DNA of 64,000 nucleotides from Schizochytrium sp. TIO01 (Eukaryota > Protista > Bigyra: Labyrinthulomycetes). The stretch covers positions 558,001-622,000 of the forward strand of contig SMSO01000008.1 in NCBI GenBank assembly GCA_004764695.1, given 5' to 3'. The notes beneath the pieces were generated by a model. It saw only the letters and a list, made by a program, of their open reading frames with translations. It had not been told where the DNA came from and did no database searches. Position numbers and translations under genes: made by a program. Positions 22,156-32,500 of the stretch are shown piece after piece; the first letter of the stretch is position 1; each line of letters begins with the position of its first letter.

Positions 22156-22802
22156 CTCTTGCAGCTCTTGCAGTCCTGGATATTGGATGACTTCTCGTCA
22201 CTCGCAAGGCAGCCAGTCTGAAGAAAATATTGGGAGTAGGTGCCTACTAGCTACCCGTGCACTTGCTGTCTCTGCCATGTCTGCTACCATCGTTGCTTGC
22301 GCTCTCCATACCTCGGGGGAGCTCCTTCGATGCCCAGGAAAAGGTCAGAACGTACATGATCTCCGAATGGTAGTGACTTTGGAATTCCACATAAGATGGA
22401 AAGATTTGTCGAGAGGATGATGATGAGGAGGAGGAAGGGATAGCGAAGAAAATGGAATAGCCCAGGAACCGCCAAGCCGATCTTTCCCCCGTCCAGCGAT
22501 GCTGTGTAAACTGGTCATTTCCCGCGATGAATGCCCTTCAAAACCACGCCATGAACGTGGCACCATTCAGAACATCCACGGTTTTCAAATAAATGTCTTT
22601 CCCCCCTCCCCCCCCCCCAAAAAAAACATGCAAATGCGAAGCCGACCGCGACCGACACTCACGCCGCCAGAGACAGACATCCTTTCGCGCTACCTCTCCA
22701 AGGCCATCCTGATGCTTCAAGAATCGTCTTTGAGTCTCGGGTTTGTTTTATCGGCACCTCAGCAAATGCAGGTTTTCCAAGTCTACAGCTTCATTTCTCA
22801 GT

Positions 22803-23040
22803 GACGTAGTACTTTTCAAAACTACTCGAGCATACGTCCAGAAATAGCCTTTTAGTACACTTTCCAATTTAAGACGTAGTACTTTTCAAAAGTACTACAT
22901 CTAAGCTCCTTACCACTCCGAGAGGGCCCGTGACTTTGTCCAGAAGTGGCCTTTTAGTACACTCCCAATTTAAGACGTAGTAGTGCTTTTCAAAAGTACT
23001 ACTACATCCAAGCTCCTTACTAGTGCCACTCTACAAGAGG
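22803..23040. repeat. ~100-bp tandem repeat (two full copies plus one partial) with a palindromic core
   Basis: Unit GTCCAGAA.T.GCCTTTTAGTACACT..CCAATTTAAGACGTAGT...TTTTCAAAAGTACTAC...AAGCTCCTTAC starts at 22836 and 22938. A partial core lies at 22803. Confidence 0.9.
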
Positions 23041-23932
23041 TGCTTTCTTAGTTTAGCTTAGTTAGAGTCATGAATGAGTATGGTTCCCGTAGCAGGTAGG
23101 TAGGTACCGACTGCCTGTGTCCACCGTAGCAAAGGCGGTAAGTAGGGTTTAGCAGCGCCTGCGCACCTAACCACCGTGATGCGCGGAAATGCACAGGAGT
23201 TAATAAGCGTCGGACGGCCCATCGATCGATCGATCGATAGAGAGCGATCACTGACTGAGCGGCAATGAGCGGAGCGCCACGTTGATGTGCAATGGTTGAC
23301 TGTGATTCGTGCATCACCTTTTAACTAACTCGACTCACGTTTCGTTTCCAAACAAACCCACAAAGAAACAAAGAAAGAAGTTTTCTGTTTGGTTTGTTTT
23401 TCTTTCAAGCAAGTTTTGACGAAAGTTGGAACAGAAGTTGAGAACTTTTGGAACTTTGAAAATTGGAATTTTGAAGATCGTGGAACATTCAAAATAAAAC
23501 CAAAAAAACATTCAAATATCAGATCAAAGCGGAGCTTGAAAAATGGCTCTGCGAGATCCACAAACCGAGCGATTGAATCACTTCGATCGACCGATCGATC
23601 GGTCTACGGTCTACCCTCCTGCAAGCGTGGACTAACCTCAGCCTGCCACTCCGGGCCCAGCTGCGGCAGGCCACTCGTCCACCTCGTCCAAGGCAGCACG
23701 CATGGATGCATGCAACCATGCAGGCGAACTTGGAGTTCAACTCATCCAAAGCCGGGCTTCAAGCTAGCTCGCTAGCTAGCTAGCCGGACAGCTTGAGCAG
23801 CTCGGGCAGCGGCCTCGGGTGGCGTCGCGCCGACGGGATCAGGCTCGGGCTCGGGCGCCGCCAATCGATCTCTCGCGAGCTCAGCGAATGAATTGGCGAA
23901 TGAATTGCGTTCATGGGTTCATTGGATCTTCG

Positions 23933-24310
23933 TATGTATCTATGTATCTATGTATCTATGTATCTATGTATCTATGTATATATTGTCAATCGCTATGGAC
24001 GAATGCCAAATCAATCGCTCTCGAGGAGCTCATGGAGGAGGGAGCACCCAGAGCTGCTGCTCTGCCCTGTGGCCGCCACGGCTGCGACTGATTCGCTTGA
24101 GCGAGCGCCAATGAGCTGAGAGGACTCAATGACTCCTCCATCAATCCACAGAGCAAAAGGAAGGTGAGAGCCCTTCGCTATGCTATACTATGCTACGCTA
24201 CGCTATGCTATGCTACACGATACTATCTATGCTGAGAGATGATTGATAAACAAATCAATAAATAAGTAAATAGATAAGTAAATAAATAAATAAATAACTA
24301 ACTAACTAAC
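23933..24310. repeat. Microsatellite cluster: (TATCTATG)n, (CTATG/CTACG)n, (TAAA)n, (CTAA)n
   Basis: Directly visible at ~23933-23980, ~24176-24232 and ~24255-24310. Confidence 0.85.
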
Positions 24311-26270
24311 TTGAAATGGGTGGAGAAAGAAAGCACTCTCTCTCAGCAGCAGAGGGAACGACGGTGTCAACGACACGTCAATGAAACCAACCTTTCGCTT
24401 TCCTTTCCTTTTCCAATAAACTGATGAATCAACAACAATAATCACATCAACAACACTAAGAACTCAATGCTGCAGCACAGAAAGAAGGAAAGGAAAGGAA
24501 AGGAGGCCTTTGCAAGGATCAAAGACTTCGACTTAAAAAGAAGAAGCCAATTAGGCGGGCGCTAAGTACTCTTACGCAGAAGCCGGAGCGCGGTGTCCCT
24601 CTCTTCTCTTCGCTCACTCACGCACTTAATATAATAAATTCTTACTTGGCTACTTAGTTACCTATTTACTTACTTACGTATTTACTTATTACTTACTTAC
24701 TTTCATGGAGCGATCTTCCGAATTGACACTGTAGAAGTAGCGGGAAGAAGCCCTCTTCCACTGTGCTCGTGAAAGATTTGCCGGAGAGGAGAGAGCGAGC
24801 GCAAGAACTTCCGCGCCCCTTGTGTGGAGGGGCTTGGTTATGCGGGGCGTAGAGCGTAGAAGAAGGCTTCGGCTCGAGCTGCTTCTTCGAGTTACGATTT
24901 TGTTTGCGCTTGGGGACGGGAAAGCAAACTGAAGTCGAAGTCGAAAGGGAAAGAAAGGGACAGGACCGATGAACTGAGAATGCCCCTTTTTTTCTTTTTT
25001 AATAAATTGTTTTTTTAAATTTTAACTAATTTTGATTAAAATAAAATAAAAGGGAGATCAACCATGAAAATGAGAAATGAAAGGTCCAAAAGGCTCGAAA
25101 GCATCGAATGTGGTATCAAGAGAGGAAGGATCAAAGGGTCAGTTGAATGAGTGATAGCGCTCCAAACTTCGGTTCGATGGTCAGTCAGTCAGTCAGTCAG
25201 TCAGAAAGACAGAGAGAGAAGGAGAGAGAGAGTAGAAAGCCCAAGGGTCTCCAGGATGATCAGCGCAGGAGAAAAAGAAAGGAGATAGAAATCAAAGGAA
25301 AAAGGAATTTTTTATTTTTTTCTTCTTCTTCTTCTTCTTCTTCTTCTTCCGCATTTCCAATCTTTTCTAGTGTGGCGTCCTCTTCTTCTCCTTATCTTCT
25401 CGCACTCTCTCTCTCTCTCTCTCTCTCTGTGAGTCGCTTGAAGCGGCTTTGAGAGGGAACCGATATCAGGGCTCTATGGCTACGCCCTTCTCGTTTGAAG
25501 AAAGCAGCAAAGAACAGCGTTGTCGAAATATACATCAATAATCGAGAAAGGCGCCCAAATCAATCCGTGCCAAAAAGAGCTTCCTGTGCTAGTACCTGGT
25601 TAGCAGGCGGCTACTGGCCATGGTGACTTTTTTTAATTTAAAAACAAAATATTTTTATTTATTTTTTTTTAAATAATGAAATGAAATAAAGTAATTGAAA
25701 ACGAAGAGTGTTTGGAAAGAAAGAGAAAATGAGTGATGACCCTGTCTATGTATGTATGTATGGGCACCTACCGAAAACTGTTAGTTAGGTAGTGAAGTTC
25801 GACAACTTCGAACTTTGAATTTCGAGGAAAGCAAAACTGGAATAGCGCGGCGGATTTCGCAGAACTCCTGCAAGGCGATCGGGTGGTAAGTGAAGCCGAC
25901 AATGACTCGCGCAAAGCTTTGACTTCATCTGCGCGGGAAGGCCAGCGGTGGCACCCGCATGCTTTTCTCTCAGCAGGGCATCCATCACCTAGAGCGGGCG
26001 TAATAGAGAGCACAGCAACTTAGATCCATGGACATACATACATGCATACATCCATGCATATGTGTATCTCCGCGCATAGTGAGATGTATGGCCCATGCCA
26101 TTTGTACCGGAGCAAATTCCCTGGATGGATGCGACACACGCGTAAATGCAGCTTTGATAGCTGTGCCGCGCTGCACCGACTGGAGATGCTGGCCTTGAGG
26201 TGGTTGGTGTACAAGAGCGAAGTCTTCAGGCCTGAGTAAGGTCCCAAGAATGGGCTTTTTGAGAGGTGGC

Positions 26271-26295
26271 TAGGGTAGGGTAGGGTAGGGTAGGG
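26271..26295 (+). repeat. (TAGGG)5 tract, G-quadruplex-forming motif
   Basis: Five GGG runs separated by TA. Confidence 0.85.
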
Positions 26296-27047
26296 TAGAA
26301 GGTCTTGAACGCGTGCGACAGGGAGGGGGTCCGCAATGCAACGTGTATTGGGACTTCCTGGCTAGTAATGTTGCGGCGATTCCTATCGAAATATGATCGG
26401 CTTTCCACCTCCCGACATGAACAAAGCAAGAGCGAAAACAGCAGTGTACTAGCCTCATATCGCAGGAGTGCGACGAGTCTATGTGTTAACACACTAGATA
26501 AATAGCTCTACGGTCATTCGATACTGCCAGAAGAAAAGCGCATTGACTTGGGGAGTTATCTATCAACAATGATGCTTTGGCACGTGTATTTGTGTGCTAA
26601 ACCTTCAAGGACACAACCTGAATGAAGTACCGGCCCACCTGTTGTTTTTATTGCGTTAACTGCTTTGCTGTTGACGTAGAGTATCCACTCTTATGTGCTG
26701 CTTGATCCCTTGTTATTCAGAAGATAGGAGGGGAATCTTGCATTAGAGTGTTTTCTCTGCAAACAGCTAGCGCGTTGGTTTGAGGCCTAAAACCCCTACA
26801 GTTGGACACATGAGATGCAGGCACCGTACGGGAAACCTTCTATACTCATTTTAACTGGTTGTAAAATGTTACATGAATTAAGGGAGGAGAGTGGGAAATG
26901 AGGGCAATTAATTGAGATCCTGCCTGGGTGAGCAAAAGATTTCAAAAATAGTTACAGCGATGATTAGCTAACGAACAATACTTAAATTATGCGAACGAAA
27001 CAAACAGGAGCAAAGCCGTAAAGTCCCTCCTCACTTTAGTCAAGAAA

Positions 27048-27821
27048 ATGCAGCTTCTTAACTTCCTCACCGTAATGGCTGTTGCCATGGCTACTCTTGT
27101 GCCTGAGACCAACGCCCTCTTTGAGAGCGGCTGCCTCGCCTCCGAGGCTGACAGCAACTGTGCAAGGCTTGAGGCTGCTTGCCAGGGCGACACTACTTGC
27201 AATGCCCTTCTTCTTGGCACCCAGTCTACTGACATGACCACCCAGGTCCAATCCATTGGTGGTCTTCTTCAGGATGACATTGGCAGCCTCCTTATTGCCT
27301 GTGGCTCTTGCAGTGACAATTCCACCTGCACAACTGAACTCACTACTGCAATCACCATGGTCACTCAGGATAGCAACACTACCTCTGCCATTCTGACCGA
27401 GATGGAGAGCTACTGCAGCTTCTTCAGCCTCATGCCTGTCGCCCCATGCACATTCAGTACCTGCATGCCCGAGATCATCACCTGCCTTGAGGACGAGACT
27501 TGCAGTGCCCAGCTCGGTTCGCTCTTCTCTGGAGCTTCCAGCTTCCAAGAACTAGCCGCCTCGTTTGCCACTATTATTGTCCAGGGCGGATTGATTGTTG
27601 ACGCTCTCACTTGTGTTTCATGTGAATGCGGTAATGAGATCAACGATATTGTTGAAGCCTCTGGCGTCGAGGTCACTCCAGGCTACGATATTGCTTCTCT
27701 TGCCGATGCTGCTCTTTGCTCCAGCCCCACCAGCGCCCCGAGCCCCGCTTCCACTTTCTCTGTCTCCAGCTCTGGAGTAATGTCTGCCCTTTTTGTTGCA
27801 ATTCTTGCTGTCTTTGCCTAA
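27048..27821 (+). CDS. Secreted Cys-rich protein, probably GPI-anchored (257 aa), with two C-x6-C-x2-D-x2-C repeats
   Basis: Signal peptide MQLLNFLTVMAVAMATLVPETNA, repeats CARLEAACQGDTTC / CMPEIITCLEDETC, S/P/T spacer and hydrophobic C-terminus GVMSALFVAILAVFA. Strong codon bias. Confidence 0.85.
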   Translation: MQLLNFLTVMAVAMATLVPETNALFESGCLASEADSNCARLEAACQGDTTCNALLLGTQSTDMTTQVQSIGGLLQDDIGSLLIACGSCSDNSTCTTELTTAITMVTQDSNTTSAILTEMESYCSFFSLMPVAPCTFSTCMPEIITCLEDETCSAQLGSLFSGASSFQELAASFATIIVQGGLIVDALTCVSCECGNEINDIVEASGVEVTPGYDIASLADAALCSSPTSAPSPASTFSVSSSGVMSALFVAILAVFA

Positions 27822-29520
27822 AGACTAAGATTCCATTTCTTAAATCAATAAATATTGTTATACACATCATGTTTGTGTGCTCTTTCCACTTTTTACACGC
27901 GCATGGCTCTTCTGTCCTTCTCTTTGCATTTGTACTGACACCCCGCTTGTTTTTATATTCTCAACTTGCTGTCTTCGATCTAAGTGCTTGAAATCTTGAA
28001 TCGTGCCAATTTAAAGTAGAAATCAATCTCGCGAGGATTATTGTTCAAAATTCTACATGCGTTAAGTCCCATGAACTGTCACTGCATAGTTCTTGCAAAA
28101 TTACTCAAGTGACCAATACCTACTTATTATAGGTCGCACCCCATTATTGATGCGAATGAACTTGAAATTGAGTTATGTATATGCAATTCACAATTTTGAA
28201 TAGCGACAACAAGCTAATCTTCCACCGTCCTAATACAATTTTATCAAAATAATCAAATTATAAGAAGCAATGTTCCCCCTACTCTATAATGAATAACACT
28301 CACTTCCTGGAACCAAGGAAAGTCTTAATCATTCTTTTATATATTAGTTTGTTGAGATTCTGACGCATCAAAGAAATAAAATGGCTTTTAAAAGAGTACC
28401 CTGCCACCAAATTTAAAGCAGTGAACTGGGCTAGATACGAATTGGTTCATTTCGAGCCCCTCTCTTCAGGCCGTTGCAAACAAACTGTTTCTGTAGAATC
28501 TACATATTACCATTGTTGTTAACTAGTCATATGGATAATGGATGTTTTGACCATAAATATTCTCTAGACTGCGGGAGGAGCAGATCCTGTGGCTTTGGAA
28601 AGGACGCAGGTATCCTCTTTCTTTTTTAAAACATATGAATTGGGAAATGATTGAGATTACGTGCATCCTAAAATGTTGACTATCTTCCTGCTTAGCTCTG
28701 CCTCACTTTGTAATTAGCTAATTCGCCAAGAGAAAGGACAGAGCGGCATCTAATTCGTAAACAAAAACGAAGGTAGTAATGAGGACATAGAGCGTCACAG
28801 AAACTATTACATCTCTTTTTCTAATGCCTTTAGTTAGAAAGAAGGAGAGAGAGAAAAACAAACAGGTCTAAAAATAGGTTCATCATTAAATGGTACGAAG
28901 GGCGTATTATTAAACAACGGACCTTACACAACATTCAACGGATCTTTGAACTTTATCCCGCTCCAAGGAGCAATGTAAGCAAAGGAGAAAGATGAAGAGC
29001 TGCCAAGCAACCAAGTAAGAAGAAAGGGAAGATAAGGCAAAGAGCAACGAGAACGTATGCACGTGCGCACCCTGCGACTTACCGATATTATTCACCTGGT
29101 ACTCTGTGATTGACGTTGGCGGTACCTTGACAATTCCTTTTGTCAAGCCTATACATTTTTAGTGTTACTCTTATAATACAATTATTTCTGCAGTTGCTCC
29201 AAGCAAAAGGAGTGTTCGGACTGCAACATAGCAACCATAGTCGTGCCGGAGCTGCATGCAGACTCGTGGAGGCAGTTGCATCAAAGTAGCTGCAAAATTG
29301 TGAGGTCAGTGAGGGTGGGTATAGAACCTGCCCGAGTGCTGACGGGCTTCGTTTTAACAGCTGCTCAAGGAAAAGTTCTTCTTCTTTCTATCTATCTATT
29401 CAATTCGTGTCTTGCAATAAGTTTGTAGGTACGGCTGCAGCTCGACAGCTACTCCTACTAGCCTCGCCGTCAACAGAGCAACCAAAACGTTCGCGGTCAT
29501 TTTTCGTAAGATTGTAGACC

Positions 29521-32500
29521 ATGACGACGGCCGAGACCTTACGTTTTGTGAGCAGTAGCCGCCATGCTGTTTTTGTGGGTAATGACACCGTGATAGAGAC
29601 GTGCGGTGCTACGCTCGGCATTTGCAACATCGAGAAGGGCACTCAAGTCTTGCAAAAGTTTCGCGCAAGAGGACAGCAAAACGTATCTGCACTTTGTGCA
29701 GGTCCAAAAGGGGAGTACGCTTATTCGACGCCAGCTGAGAAGCCAAGCATTGTAATCCACCCTGCAACGGGCAAAGAGTATGAGATTGCTGGAGGAGCTG
29801 AGCTACGCCATGCAGCGTTGGCGTTCTCTCGTGATGGTTCCCATTTCGCAGCTCTTGGGTCCGAGCTCGGACGAGAAATCATTATTTGGAATCTGCATGC
29901 TGAAAATAAACCTGTGTTAGCACGCAAAGAGCTTCATGCTACCTTTGATAAGTTGTCGTTCTGTCCGCATGCATCTAACATTGTCGCCTGTGCTGGTGCC
30001 AGTGGTGTACGACTTTTCAAGCTAGAAAAGGGGCCCAAGTCCGACGAACTTCAAGAAGTGGAATGTGTTACTCTAACGCAAGTCAACGATATGACCTGGA
30101 CTAAAGAAGGACAGCTACTGCTAGTGACAAATGACAATATTGTTCAAATTGATCCGCGCACTGGACTCACAACGAAAAAGCTTGCAAATAACAAACTTGG
30201 AGTCATGTCTTTGCGCCCCATCAAAGGATACATTCTAGCAGGCTGTAAGAACGGTGAACTGCTCTGGCTTTATGAGTCAACCTTATCTGTTGATTTTTCT
30301 ACTATGCTCCAAATTCAAGGTTTCATCGAGGATGCTACACGGCCCTGTGAAGCAGCTGCTGGAGTTTTTGCTTCACCGGTTATTGCTCTAGATTTGAACG
30401 AATCCTACACAAAATGCTTAGTATCAACAGAACGTGGTGATCGATTCATTGTAAGCACAAAGCGGCCTCAAGGTGAAGATGCAATGAATAGCTCTCAAAT
30501 AATTTCCAGTGCTCATACGAGTAACATAGTTGCTTTGACGCCAGTTTTGTCCGGCCCACGTGGTGCCTTTGGCATATTTGCTTCTGTAGGCGTCGACGGA
30601 TCTCTGCGAGTTTGGGATTCTTCAGTTGAAGCTAGAGTTCCTGTAGCACAAACTGTACTCCACGAACCAACGAGTCTGGGTGGGAAAGCTTATAAGCTTA
30701 CATCACTTGCTGGCTCTAGTTCTCAGAGTCCATTCATTGCAATTGGTACACGATGTGGGCACGTTATCCTCGCACAAATTAGCAAACCACGATCAGGTGC
30801 TTGGCAAATTTTAGTAATTCAAACGATTCGTGCTCATAGCGGCCCAGTTTCTCAACTTACGTATAGTCCATGCGGACATCTACTTGCCTCAACGTCTGAA
30901 ACAGAAGGAGTGTTGAGTATTTTTCGAGTTGTTGTGCCTTCGCGAGCCAAGCGTGAGGCTATTGGCTTGGCTGTTGTTGCCGACTTCCCAGAGTCATTTG
31001 TTCCTTGTGGACACATATGGGAATCATCAGAGCGTCTGCTGGTTGCTGGCTGTCGGCTAGATGAAAGTGACAGTTCAGAGATCGATGAATTGCTATTGTT
31101 GCAGCTACCAACACTCGCAGATATCAATAAGACATCAACTACTCGGGCTATCGCAGAAGTTTGTGGTCCTCTTCCGGGTCTTAAATTTGGCGCTGTAGGT
31201 GGTATGATACGTACCCCAGCTGGTCATATCCTTACTACATTGTCTCATAAACCGCAACAGCTAGAAGCTTTAGAACTGACCGGAGACAAACTTTCGCAAA
31301 TAGTTCCAATCAAAGCCAAGGCGCACGGAGGCCATACCTGGGCTTTGACTGCAAGGGGTGGATGTATCGCCAGTGCTTCGATTGATGGTAATGTCGTAGT
31401 ATGGCAAGACTCACAAGATCTTGCCAGTCTTGACAAAGATAGCCATACTTTCTTTGTATCATCGACGATGCCTAATGCCCTTTCTTTTGCAAATGATACC
31501 TCTGTTCTTGCAATTGGCTACGGGGACGGAGACCTAGCATTTGCAATGGTGCCAGCAAAGCTTCGTGATCCCAAACTTGTTGAAGGTGAATATGCACGGC
31601 CTGCAGATGATGATAAATTTCAACTCATTTCCCAAATTGTTCCTGCGAAGGAAGATGAAGGCATGAGTGAGAGTGCCAAATGGAAAAAGAGGGCTCACGA
31701 TGTTTTGGAGTCAGAGTATGAAAAAAAGCGCAGTGAACGCAGAGGGCGTATCAAGCTTTTACAGCAGCGCCTCTTTCGATTATTGGAGGATAACGCAAAG
31801 GTCCCAGACCTCGAAAAACTTCCACGAGAGGAATTTGTTGTGGATATGCAGGGAAGAAGCGCTATTTGCAAGAGCAATGAAGCTGCCGCAGAGGCTCTGC
31901 GCTCAGAAATTGAGCAAGAAATTGAAGTTAGAGAGAAGCTTTATGAGCGCATCAAAGATGAGTGCTGGTCATCTATGGAAATTCCATCGAGAGAACTTCG
32001 AGCTATTGACGCCACAGATAGCAATAAAGTTCGAAACTACCCTGTTCCCAAACAGAGCGATGCTGAGAAGCGCCGTGTGACAATGGTCATGCAAATGCGC
32101 AGCATTGAGCTTCAAGAAATTCGTGCTTCAGGTGAAAACACTTCAAAGTGTACTACTTGGCCAACCAAAACTGGTGCTATGCGAGTTCTTCCTGATGAAG
32201 TGGAGTGGATCGTCAACGCAGGTCTGTTGAAGCCTGCTTTGGATGACCAAACAGAAGGCGCAGGTGCAGATGGCGCAGGCGCAGACGGTGCAAACGGCGA
32301 CAAGACGAAAAACCAGGGAAACAACGAAGCCCACAGCGACTCTGGTGATGGAGATGACGGCGAGGAGGGCAGTGATAATGAGGATGGGGATGACGATGAG
32401 AACGACGAGTCCAAGAAAGACGAAAAGCAAGATGCTGGAGAGACCTTTGGACAAAAACTTATTGACATGCTCTATCACCCTGCGGCTCTTCGTTCGAGCT

